NCBI GenBank assembly: GCA_963733295.1
Contig: CAVTCS010000003.1
Span: 512,001-576,000 of the forward strand
Length of the DNA: 64,000 nucleotides
From: Vulcanimicrobiota bacterium
GTDB taxonomy: Bacteria > Vulcanimicrobiota > Vulcanimicrobiia > Vulcanimicrobiales > Vulcanimicrobiaceae
Direction of reading: 5' to 3'
Positions 21,405 through 30,134 of the stretch are shown in pieces (position 1 is the stretch's first letter; every line of letters begins with the position of its first letter). The position numbers were made by a program, and so were the translations under genes. The notes beneath the pieces are model-generated. The model made no database searches. It saw only the letters and a program-made list of their open reading frames with translations, and had not been told where the DNA came from.

Positions 21405-22680
21405 CGGGATGCTTCTTGCGATGCCGCGTGATGCGGGGCAGCGAGTGAGCGATCTTCTCCGGAATGATCGCGTCGATTGCGTCGTCCACCGTGACGATCC
21501 CGAGGACGCGGTTCTCCTCGTCGACGACCGGTACGGCCAAGAGATCGTAGCGCGCGATCGTCGACGCAACGTCCTCTGCGCTGACGTCGGGCGAGACGCT
21601 GACGACGTCGACATCCATGAGTTTGTGGATGAAAGCCGTCGGCAGTGCCAAGAGGAGTTGCCGGACCGAAAGCACCCCGAGCAACTTGCGGCTGGGATCG
21701 GTGACGTAGAGGTAGTAGATGAACTCGGATTCGGGTGCGATCTCGCGCAGCTTCGCGATCGTCGCCGCGGTCGTGCGGTGCGGATAGATCCAGACGTAAT
21801 CGGTGGTCATCAGGCCGCCGGCCGTATCGGGTTCGTACTGGACGAGTTCGCTCAATTCGCCCGCGTACGCTTTGTCGTCCATGTGCGAGAGCAGCTTCTC
21901 GCGCTGTTCGTGGTCGAGTTCGCCTAAAAGGTCGGCCGCGTCGTCCGAGTCCATCTCCTCGACGATGTCCGCGGCGCGCTCGGTCCCCAGATCCGCAATG
22001 AGCGTCTTTTGCGTGTCGCTGTCGAGGTGCTCGAAGGCGTCGGCGGCCGTCTCGTCGTCGAGCGACTTGACGACGCGGGCCGCGTCTTGCGCCGACAGGT
22101 CGGTGATGATCTCCGCCAAGTCGGACGGATGCAAACGCGAGAGGCGGCTGCCCGAGACCGAAAGCTGCACCTGCGCCGGGTTGACGTCGGTCAGCGGTGC
22201 GACGTTATCCCAAGCGATCAGCGAGCGCGGAACGCGCTCGAGGACCTGCGGCGCGACGCGCCCGAGCCCGAGCCGGCGCAGCAAGCCCGACACTCCGATA
22301 TCGGCGGCGACGACGCGCAGCGTGCCGCCCGTATTGGCGATCTCGAGGTCGTTGATGCGCACGACCTTCCGGCCGTCGACGTCGACGATCTGTTTATCGA
22401 AGAGATCTTTGATCAGGTAGAGGGTTTGCTCTTCGGCGGTCGGCTCGGCGTCGGGGGTGACTGTGAGCGTGACCGTTCCATGCGGTTCGATGCTGGAGAT
22501 CTGGTCGATCGGCGAGTAACGCTGTCCGGCCTTCGTTTTGATCACGAAGCCGTCGATGCGCGGAAACGCATCATCGGGTTTGCCCACGACGAAATCCATG
22601 ACTTTCCCGATTGCCGTGCCGTTCGCCAGCACCGCGCTGCGACCGACCAGGTCCGACAGGTAGCCGTCCTGATACGCCAT
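21391..22680 (-). CDS. Soluble MgtE N-terminal/CBS-pair protein, no transmembrane domain
   Basis: PRC-barrel-like N-terminus, LHPSDLAEII, MDSDDAADLL, TAGGLMT and LGIVTVDD; ends without TM helices. Confidence 0.9.
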   Translation of the reverse strand: MAYQDGYLSDLVGRSAVLANGTAIGKVMDFVVGKPDDAFPRIDGFVIKTKAGQRYSPIDQISSIEPHGTVTLTVTPDAEPTAEEQTLYLIKDLFDKQIVDVDGRKVVRINDLEIANTGGTLRVVAADIGVSGLLRRLGLGRVAPQVLERVPRSLIAWDNVAPLTDVNPAQVQLSVSGSRLSRLHPSDLAEIITDLSAQDAARVVKSLDDETAADAFEHLDSDTQKTLIADLGTERAADIVEEMDSDDAADLLGELDHEQREKLLSHMDDKAYAGELSELVQYEPDTAGGLMTTDYVWIYPHRTTAATIAKLREIAPESEFIYYLYVTDPSRKLLGVLSVRQLLLALPTAFIHKLMDVDVVSVSPDVSAEDVASTIARYDLLAVPVVDEENRVLGIVTVDDAIDAIIPEKIAHSLPRITRHRKKHPVAAG

Positions 22681-22698
22681 TCCTTCACCCCCTTCCCG

Positions 22699-22732
22699 AA
22701 ACAAAAAAACCAGCCGCCGAAGGTGCGACCGG
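22699..22732 (-). terminator. Intrinsic terminator, the riboswitch expression platform
   Basis: Minus strand CCGGTCGC-accttcg-GCGGCTGG hairpin followed by TTTTTTTGTTT, between the aptamer and the RBS. Confidence 0.8.
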
Positions 22733-22769
22733 TCCGGAACATGCTCCCAGCCTGAGCTGAGGGCACATC

Positions 22770-22941
22770 ACATCTCAGTCGCGTCGAGCTTTGGCACTGC
22801 GCACCGTAAACGACGGACCCCGTCGTCAGCCGCGTTGAGCGCCGCCTTATCTCGGCGGAGCCTGTTCCACCCACTTGGCGTCTTTCGACGTTTCGGGGCA
22901 ACGGCTTATGTGTAGCGCAGACGCCTCACCTATCGAGATGT
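22770..22941 (-). ncRNA. M-box (ykoK) Mg2+ riboswitch
   Basis: Minus strand has AGGTGAGGC, TGCCCCGAAACGTCGAAAGACGCCAA.TGGG..GAACAG, GAGATAAGG and CAGTGCCAAAGCTC in ykoK order; closing helix ACATCTC/GAGATGT; upstream of Mg transport genes. Confidence 0.93.
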
Positions 22942-22950
22942 CCGTCTATC

Positions 22951-22980
22951 AGTATACGCGCCCCGCAACGAGGGGGTCAA
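22951..22980 (-). promoter_or_regulatory. Sigma70-type promoter of the M-box operon
   Basis: TTGACC-N18-TATACT ending about 10 nt before the aptamer. Confidence 0.75.
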
Positions 22981-23042
22981 CCCCGAAGTGCGTCGCCGCG
23001 CCGCAGGAGGGTCCGTCCCTCTTGCCCGGGGATTAGCGCGAA

Positions 23043-24755
23043 GTGCCTCGTCTTCTCGTCATTTTTCGAGCAGCGGCCATCGTCGCGGTCGTGCTCGGGA
23101 TCTTGGAAAGCGGACCGGTCGCCGCGCAACTCTCGCTGCCGAGCGCCGCACCGAATCCCGTTTCGTCGACGGGGATCCGACAGGAAGGCTTTTTCTTTAC
23201 CGCCCCGATCCGCGTCGACGGGAACCTGGTCTTCAAGCTCGCCGGCCCCCTAAGTCCGAACTCGGCGCACATTCCGATCGCCCAGCGGCAGCTCTACGTG
23301 CAAGCGGCCATCGACGAGGTGCTCGCAACGCATGGGAGTTGGCTCGGTTCGACGACCGAATACGATCCGCGCACGCTTCGCGTAAGCGTGGTCGCCGGCG
23401 CCGAGGTAGCCGCCTTGCAAGTCGTCGACGCGCGCCATCACCTTCCGATGCCGATCGCGACCGTGAACGCGGACGATGCCCGCTACAATCAAGCGAGCAT
23501 CAGGACCGTCGCGGCGGAATGGCAGACGATCCTACAAGCTGCCCTTACCAAAGCGCTCGATCTGCGACAGCCGCAGGAGCGCGCCGATAACTTACGGCGG
23601 GTTGCTCGCGTCGCCGTGGCGCTGGCGCTGGCGACGCTCATCCTCAGCATTCTCCTGGTTCAACTGAGCCGCCGGATCAAGACGTTGCGAGATGAGGTGA
23701 AAGCGCAGACGAGTCAGGTCGAGGCCGAGCGTTCGCTCCTCGCTGAAAAACAAGAGGGCTCGACGCATCAACAACGCAGCCGAATCCTTTCGCTCGCGTT
23801 GGGAGCTTTGGCACCGACGCAGCAGTTGCAGTATCTTCGAGCTTCCTCGGCGGTCATCTACGCCCTGATCAACCTCATGTGGTTCGTGGCGGTAACCTGG
23901 GCGTTCTCGCTCTTCCCCCGCACGTCGTCGCTCGCGCAGACGCTGACGAACGATGCCCTCGCCATCGCCGTCACCATCGTCGTGACAATTTTTCTCGATC
24001 GCGTCTTGGACCTCATGATCAACCGGATCGCGACGTTGTGGGCGACCAGCTCCTTTGCCGGCTCCGAAGATCAGGCGCGGGAGATGCTGCGCGTCCCGAC
24101 CATCTCGCATGCGATCAGGACGATAAAGTCGATCGCTTTGATCTTTCTTGCCGGCCTGACGATCTTGACGCAGATCGGCGTGCCGATCGGCTCGGTCGTA
24201 ACGATCGGCGGCTTGACCGCGCTCGCGCTCTCGTTCGCAGCGCAGAGCTTCGTGCGCGACTTCGTCAACGGCTTTCTCGTCTTACTCGAAGATCAGTATG
24301 TCGTTGGGGACTACATCAGCATCACGCCGTATAGCGGTGTCGTCGAGAACCTGTCGCTAAGAATGGTGCAACTTCGCGACACCGGCGGAGATCTGGTGAC
24401 GATCCCGCACGGTTCGGTCACTGCGGTCGTCAATAGATCACGGAATTGGTCGCGGATCGACTTTCGCGTTCCCGTGGCACCCGAGGCGGACATCGCAAAG
24501 GCGCTAAAACTGGTGCAGGCCAGCATCGAGACGCTCGCGCAGGAGCCGGAATGGCAGGGCGCGATCCGTTTGCCTCTCGAGTTCATCGGCGTCGATCAAC
24601 TCAGCAAAGACTGGGTCATCATCCGCGCCGCGATTAAGACGGGTCCGCTGCGTCAATTCGAAGGCCGCCGCGAAATCAACTTGCGCGTTCAGCGTGCTTT
24701 TGCGGAGGCGGGGATTTCGCTCGGCGCGCAGTTCCCCGCCAACTATTATACGTAA
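23043..24755 (+). CDS. MscS-family mechanosensitive channel with a large periplasmic N-terminal region
   Basis: ALSFAAQSFVRDFVNG..LLEDQY.VGD and GVVENLSLRMVQLRD. Confidence 0.88.
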   Translation: MPRLLVIFRAAAIVAVVLGILESGPVAAQLSLPSAAPNPVSSTGIRQEGFFFTAPIRVDGNLVFKLAGPLSPNSAHIPIAQRQLYVQAAIDEVLATHGSWLGSTTEYDPRTLRVSVVAGAEVAALQVVDARHHLPMPIATVNADDARYNQASIRTVAAEWQTILQAALTKALDLRQPQERADNLRRVARVAVALALATLILSILLVQLSRRIKTLRDEVKAQTSQVEAERSLLAEKQEGSTHQQRSRILSLALGALAPTQQLQYLRASSAVIYALINLMWFVAVTWAFSLFPRTSSLAQTLTNDALAIAVTIVVTIFLDRVLDLMINRIATLWATSSFAGSEDQAREMLRVPTISHAIRTIKSIALIFLAGLTILTQIGVPIGSVVTIGGLTALALSFAAQSFVRDFVNGFLVLLEDQYVVGDYISITPYSGVVENLSLRMVQLRDTGGDLVTIPHGSVTAVVNRSRNWSRIDFRVPVAPEADIAKALKLVQASIETLAQEPEWQGAIRLPLEFIGVDQLSKDWVIIRAAIKTGPLRQFEGRREINLRVQRAFAEAGISLGAQFPANYYT

Positions 24756-24777
24756 CGCCGGAGCGGCCGGCCCGTGG

Positions 24778-26274
24778 GTGCTGGCCGTTGCGATCGCCGG
24801 TTCGGGCATGGTCTTTATCGACGGTACCGCGGTCAACGTCGCCTTACCGACGCTGCAACGCGACCTCGACGCAGATGCTGCGAGCCTGCAATGGGTTGTC
24901 GAAGGCTACTCCCTCGTGCTCTCCGCGTTCATCCTCATCGGCGGTGCGCTGGGTGACCGCTTCGGCCGCCGTCTGATGTTCTTGCTCGGAGTCGGCCTCT
25001 TTGCCGGGGCGTCGGTGCTCTGCGCGCTGTCGCAGAACATGCTCGAACTGAACTTGGCGCGTTGTCTGCAAGGATTCGGCGGGGCCTTCGCAACGCCGGG
25101 CAGCCTCGCACTCATCAGCGCGGCGTATCCCGGTGCCGGTCGCGGAACGGCGATCGGAACGTGGTCGGGATTTACCTCGCTGACGGCTGCTATCGGACCG
25201 GTACTCGGTGGCTGGCTCACGCAGACGTACTCGTGGCGTTGGGTCTTTCTCATCAACGTTCCGATCGCGCTCTTCGTCATCGTGACCGCGTTGTTGCGCG
25301 TGCCGGAGAGCCGCGACGAACATGCTGCCAAACGTGTCGATTACGCGGGCGCTCTGTTCGCGACGTTGGGCCTCGGCCTCGTGACCTACGGGTTGATCCG
25401 GCTGCAAGGCGGCAACGCCGGTGCCGGAGGCATTCTTGCGTGTGGGGCGGGCGTCGCCGTGTCGGCGCTGTTCGTCTTCTACGAGTCGCGGGTTGCGGAT
25501 CCGATGATCCCACTCGAGATCTTCGCGAATCGGACGTTCGCCGGCGCGAACCTCTATACGCTCTTCTTGTACGCGGCGATCGGCGGAAGCTTGTTCTTCG
25601 TCCCTTTCGAGCTCCAGTACGTACTGGAGTACTCGCCGCTGGAGGCCGGCGCGGCACTCTTACCGTTCGTCGCGATCATGTTCCTTAGTTCGCGCTGGTC
25701 CGGTGGTCTGGTCGAGCGCGTCGGCGCGCGCTTGCCGCTGATCGTGGGCGCCCTGATCGCGGCCGGCGGGCTCATTGCGTACGCTTTCAGTGGGATCGGG
25801 CACTCGTACTGGGTGACCTTCTTTCCCGCGACGGTCATCTTCGGATGCGGCGCGGCGCTCTTCGTCGCACCCTTGACGACGACCGTGATGGATGCGCTTG
25901 CGACGGAACGGGCCGGCATCGCGTCGGGCGTCAATAACGCCGTCTCGCGCGTCGCCGGCGTTCTCGCGATCGCCGTGCTCGGCATCGTGCTCATCGGCAG
26001 CTTCTACGCAGATTTCGATCGAAGGACCGCCCGTCAAACATTTGCTCCCGCAACGCTCGCGGCACTGCGAGCGAACCGCGATCTTCTTACGACCTTGAAG
26101 CCGCCGGCCGGGACGTCGGCCGACGACGAGGACCGAGTCACCGAAGAGTTGCGCCAAGCGTACGCGGACGGTTTCCGGAATGCGATGCTCCTGGGCGCCG
26201 CGCTGTGCGTCGCAGCCGCTGCGGTGGCGGCTCGCACGATCGCACCGAATCTCCGTCCCGCTCCAAGTCCTTGA
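24778..26274 (+). CDS. MFS transporter, DHA2 (14-TM) family
   Basis: FIDGTAVNVALP, LGDRFGRR and WRWVFLINVP. Start uncertain; GTG at 24778 used. Confidence 0.88.
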   Translation: MLAVAIAGSGMVFIDGTAVNVALPTLQRDLDADAASLQWVVEGYSLVLSAFILIGGALGDRFGRRLMFLLGVGLFAGASVLCALSQNMLELNLARCLQGFGGAFATPGSLALISAAYPGAGRGTAIGTWSGFTSLTAAIGPVLGGWLTQTYSWRWVFLINVPIALFVIVTALLRVPESRDEHAAKRVDYAGALFATLGLGLVTYGLIRLQGGNAGAGGILACGAGVAVSALFVFYESRVADPMIPLEIFANRTFAGANLYTLFLYAAIGGSLFFVPFELQYVLEYSPLEAGAALLPFVAIMFLSSRWSGGLVERVGARLPLIVGALIAAGGLIAYAFSGIGHSYWVTFFPATVIFGCGAALFVAPLTTTVMDALATERAGIASGVNNAVSRVAGVLAIAVLGIVLIGSFYADFDRRTARQTFAPATLAALRANRDLLTTLKPPAGTSADDEDRVTEELRQAYADGFRNAMLLGAALCVAAAAVAARTIAPNLRPAPSP

Positions 26275-26309
26275 CGAAGCCCTACCTCTGACGGGATGCG
26301 AACGAGCCG

Positions 26310-26816
26310 TTAGCGCGGGTAGCGTGGATAGCGTGGTTCGGAGCCCGCCGCGGCAGACAGTCCGATTGCGATGAGGCCGAGGACGAAGATGCTGCCGTAG
26401 ATCCAAGTCGACACGCCGTGTTCGGCGCGGAAGGTCTTGCGCGCTTGGGCGAGCGCTTCCGGCGTGGCGCGTGCCCCGAGACTCGGAAGCGAGGCCTCCA
26501 TCCGCGGAACGATCGCGCGCGATTCGTACTGCGCGAGCACCAGCATCACGGCGACGATCGCGATGCGTGCGATGGCCGAGGCTCGCTGCGACGGAACTTT
26601 CGCGCGAACGACTGCGGCGACGATCGCGACTCCGCCGCAAACGGTTCCGAAAAGCGTCAGCGCGCCGAGCACCGCCGCGGTGACGCGACCGAACTCCTCG
26701 ACATTACTCACGATGCCGAAAGCGATCGGCGCGAAAATGAACGCGAAGCCGGCAAGCGAGCCGACCCACAGCGCGAGGGTCAGGGCTTCGATAACGGTGA
26801 AGGTCCGCTCGAGCAT
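26310..26816 (-). CDS. DUF4149-like membrane protein
   Basis: LWVGSL.GFAFIFAP.AF, four TM helices and FRAEHG.S. Confidence 0.75.
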   Translation of the reverse strand: MLERTFTVIEALTLALWVGSLAGFAFIFAPIAFGIVSNVEEFGRVTAAVLGALTLFGTVCGGVAIVAAVVRAKVPSQRASAIARIAIVAVMLVLAQYESRAIVPRMEASLPSLGARATPEALAQARKTFRAEHGVSTWIYGSIFVLGLIAIGLSAAAGSEPRYPRYPR

Positions 26817-26844
26817 TGACGTCTCATTCTCGCAGAGGAGGCTC

Positions 26845-27609
26845 GTGGACCCGCTACGCTGTGCGATCGAAACGGCGACGGAAGCCGGAACGCTGCTGCT
26901 CGACCTCTTGGGAACCGAACTCGATACGCGCGAAAAAGGAATGCGTGGCGATCTCGTGACCGTGGCCGATCGCGCCAGCGAAAAGGCGATCGTCGCGCGC
27001 TTGCGCACCGAGTTTCCGGCAAGCTCGATCCTGGCCGAAGAAGGTACGAGCGTCGCCGGCACGAGCGGCGAGCGTTGGATTCTCGATCCGCTCGACGGGA
27101 CGACGAATTTCGCGCACGGGTACCCGCTCTTCTGCGTCTCGCTGGGCTTCGAACGCGACGGAGAAATGCTCTGCGGCGTCATCTACGCTCCGGCGCTCGG
27201 CGAATTGTACGTTGCCGAACGCGGCGGCGGCGCGCGCTGCAACGATCGCGAGCTGACCGTCTCGCGCACCGAGCGCGTCGCCGACGCGCTCGTTTGCACC
27301 GGCTTCAAGCCGGCCCTCTACGAGCGCAACGGCGCGAATTTCGCGCAACTCTCGCGAGTCGCGCAAGGCGTCCGGCGCGATGGGTCGGCTGCACTCGACC
27401 TTGCCTTCGTCGCAGCGGGCCGCTTCGATGCGTTTTGGGAGTTGGATCTCTTTCCATGGGACGTTGCCGCCGGCATGCTGCTCGTGAGGGAAGCGGGCGG
27501 AACGGTAACGGCGATCGACGGGGCTCCGTTTGAATTCCAGCGCGGCTCGACGCTCGCCAGCAACGGCCGCGTTCACGCGGAGATGATCGGCGCTCTGTCG
27601 GAGCGCTGA
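26845..27609 (+). CDS. Inositol monophosphatase family protein (SuhB-like)
   Basis: DLVT.AD, ILAEE, WILDPLDGTTNF and WDVAAG; GAGGAG RBS before GTG. Confidence 0.92.
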   Translation: MDPLRCAIETATEAGTLLLDLLGTELDTREKGMRGDLVTVADRASEKAIVARLRTEFPASSILAEEGTSVAGTSGERWILDPLDGTTNFAHGYPLFCVSLGFERDGEMLCGVIYAPALGELYVAERGGGARCNDRELTVSRTERVADALVCTGFKPALYERNGANFAQLSRVAQGVRRDGSAALDLAFVAAGRFDAFWELDLFPWDVAAGMLLVREAGGTVTAIDGAPFEFQRGSTLASNGRVHAEMIGALSER

Positions 27610-27616
27610 GGCCGCG

Positions 27617-28468
27617 CTATGGCGTCGAGTCGACGATCGCCGAGAAGTCGAGCGCGCCTTTGCCGTTCGCCAGCGCCTGCTCGTACACCGCGCAGGTTTG
27701 CTTTAGCAGCCGAAGTTCGAGGCCCGCAGCCGACGCCGCGTCGTGGGCTTCCCGGAGATCCTTCACGAGCGCCGCAAGACTGAAGTGCGGCGTGAAGTCG
27801 CGGTCCGCGATCGCCTTGCGCTTCATCTCCGCGACGCGACCGACGGTTCCCGTGAAAAGGTTGAGCGCGAGCACCCGGTCGACGCCCGCAGCATCCGTCG
27901 CGCGCAAGCTCTCGCCGATACCCGCGAGGACCAGGCCGAGGAGCTGATTGTTCCCGAGCTTGAGCGCGGCGCTCGTTCCGTACCCTCCGACGTACAGGAC
28001 TGATTTCGCCATCGCTTCGAGAACGTCGCGCTGCTCGTCGAGCACCTCGCGCGGTCCGCCGACGAGGGCGGTAAGCTCGCCGGCGGCGGCCGCGTCCTTG
28101 CTGCCGGTGACGGGCGCGCCGAGAAATTTGCACCCGCGTCGTTCGGCTGCTTGCGCGAGCGTGCGCTGCATGTCTGCCGAGATCGTGCTCATTTCGACGA
28201 AGGTGGTCCCCGGACGCGCCGCCGGAATCATGCGCTCGAGGACGACCTCACGCGACGCGTCGTCACCCCAGAGAATGGAAATGACGACGTCTGCCGCCTC
28301 GGCGAGAGTTTCCGGAGACTTCGCCGCGCTCGCCCCCTGCTCGACGAGGACGTCCACTGCCGCGTTCTTGCGGTCCCACACGCGCACGGCGAAACCGTGC
28401 CGGAGCAGATTCGCGGACATTCCCGAACCCATCGTCCCGAGCCCCGCGAAACCGATCTCCTTCTTCAT
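27617..28468 (-). CDS. Beta-hydroxyacid dehydrogenase (3-hydroxyisobutyrate dehydrogenase family)
   Basis: FAGLGTMG, APVTGS, KLGNN and FSLAALVKDL. Confidence 0.88.
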   Translation of the reverse strand: MKKEIGFAGLGTMGSGMSANLLRHGFAVRVWDRKNAAVDVLVEQGASAAKSPETLAEAADVVISILWGDDASREVVLERMIPAARPGTTFVEMSTISADMQRTLAQAAERRGCKFLGAPVTGSKDAAAAGELTALVGGPREVLDEQRDVLEAMAKSVLYVGGYGTSAALKLGNNQLLGLVLAGIGESLRATDAAGVDRVLALNLFTGTVGRVAEMKRKAIADRDFTPHFSLAALVKDLREAHDAASAAGLELRLLKQTCAVYEQALANGKGALDFSAIVDSTP

Positions 28469-28537
28469 TTGAGTTCCTCCGGCGAGCGGTTTTGACGGCG
28501 CTGCAAGAGAGCCCCGTCGAAACGAGAAACGACGCGC

Positions 28538-29470
28538 ATGAGCGATACGATCGCGGTCTTCACGAAGAGTACGTACCCCTCGGTCAAGGCTTTCGTCGAA
28601 GAAGTAGCCCGGGTCGAAGGACTGGATCGCTTGGGCGAAGCCGAAGGCTTGTTGACCGATGGCTCGTTCGCCGTCGACGAAGCGCTCCTCGCACGCGCGC
28701 CCAAGCTACGCGTCGTCGCGCTCTCTTCGGTCGGCTACGAAAAAGTCGACGTGGAAGCGTGCAACCGTCGCGGCATTCCATTTTCGAACGCCCGCGGTGC
28801 GTTGACCGATGCGGTCGCGGATTTGAGCTTTGCGCTGGTGCTGGCGTCGCTTCGCAAGTTGAGTGTTGCGCTCGATTGGGGCCGTTCCGGTGCTTGGATG
28901 CGCGGTCCGGCGCCCTTCGGAAACGATTTGGCGGGGAAGACGCTGGGCATCGTCGGCTTCGGTGAGATCGGCGCCGCGCTCGCGCGCCGGGCTCAAGTCA
29001 GCCGGATGAACGTCGTTTACAACAACCGGACTCGGCGGGATGACGACGCGGCCCTCGGGACGCGGTATCGCACCTTCGACGAGCTCCTCGCGACCGCCGA
29101 CTGCGTCGTATCGCTCGTCCCGCTCTCGCCGCAAACGCATCAGATGTTCGGCGCGGCCGAATTCGCGCGCATGAAGCCTTCGGCGCACTTCGTGAACGTC
29201 GGACGCGGTGCGCTGGTCGATCCAGACGCACTGCTCGCTGCACTTGAGTCCGGCAAGCTGGCGGGCGCGGCGCTCGACGTGACCGATCCCGAACCTCTCC
29301 CGCCCGGCCATCCGCTCTACGCCGCCCCGAACGTCACCATCTATCCGCACATCGGCAGCGCGACTCCCGAGACGCGCGAACGGATGGCCATGCTTGCGGC
29401 GCAGAACCTCGTCGCCGGCCTGCGGGGCGAACCGATGCCGACGCTCGTCAACGCCGCGGTCGCTAGTTGA
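28538..29470 (+). CDS. D-2-hydroxyacid dehydrogenase (glyoxylate reductase-like)
   Basis: GIVGFGEIG, VNVGRG, LDVTDPEP and PHIGSAT. Confidence 0.9.
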   Translation: MSDTIAVFTKSTYPSVKAFVEEVARVEGLDRLGEAEGLLTDGSFAVDEALLARAPKLRVVALSSVGYEKVDVEACNRRGIPFSNARGALTDAVADLSFALVLASLRKLSVALDWGRSGAWMRGPAPFGNDLAGKTLGIVGFGEIGAALARRAQVSRMNVVYNNRTRRDDDAALGTRYRTFDELLATADCVVSLVPLSPQTHQMFGAAEFARMKPSAHFVNVGRGALVDPDALLAALESGKLAGAALDVTDPEPLPPGHPLYAAPNVTIYPHIGSATPETRERMAMLAAQNLVAGLRGEPMPTLVNAAVAS

Positions 29471-30128
29471 CCTTTAGAACCGCGCCGTTCAGGGCTGCGG
29501 CTCCCGGAGAAAGAAGGAAGGCGGCGACCTCGGCCGTGCCGCGGGGTTCGGCCGATGCGGCGAGACTCGGCGTCACCGCGTTGACCGCGATACCGCGCGA
29601 GGCGAGTTCAGCAGCCGCGGCGCGCGTCAACGCGACGATCGCGCCGACCGCCGCGGCGTAAGCGACCGCTCCGCTTCCCGCGTTGTCGAAACTTCCGCCG
29701 ACAGCCGGAATCGTACAGATGCGCGCGCCCGCTTTCATATGCTGCGCCGCCGCCCGAATGCAGACGAACGTTCCGACGACGTTCACTGCGTGCACGCGCG
29801 CGAAGCGCTGAGCGTCGAGTTGCATGAAGGGCGTCGTGTCGACGATTCCCGCAGCAGTCACGAGCGCGTCGAGTTCGCCGAGGATTTCCAGGGCGCGCAC
29901 GAAGAGCGCTTTGACTGCATTCTCGTCGGTGATGTCGACGACCAGTGCGAAACCATCGATGGCGTCGGCGACGGCGTGCGCGCGAATCTCGTCCCGATCG
30001 GCGACGACCACTCGATAGCCGTCGCGTGCGAGCACCTCGCAGATGGCCTTTCCTACGCCGCTCGCGCCACCGACCACAATCACCCCCGGAGTGCGGCGAT
30101 CCGCTCCGCCCGCATCGTCAGCCAGCAT
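29463..30128 (-). CDS. SDR-fold protein lacking catalytic Ser and Lys
   Basis: GGASGVG Rossmann motif, but YAAAV in place of YxxxK and a short C-terminal half. Confidence 0.75.
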   Translation of the reverse strand: MLADDAGGADRRTPGVIVVGGASGVGKAICEVLARDGYRVVVADRDEIRAHAVADAIDGFALVVDITDENAVKALFVRALEILGELDALVTAAGIVDTTPFMQLDAQRFARVHAVNVVGTFVCIRAAAQHMKAGARICTIPAVGGSFDNAGSGAVAYAAAVGAIVALTRAAAAELASRGIAVNAVTPSLAASAEPRGTAEVAAFLLSPGAAALNGAVLKVN

Positions 30129-30134
30129 CGTGCG

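Noticed and set aside
24694..24790. MscS-MFS frameshift fusion
   Set aside because: An in-frame GTG at 24778 explains the MFS start; no slippery site seen.
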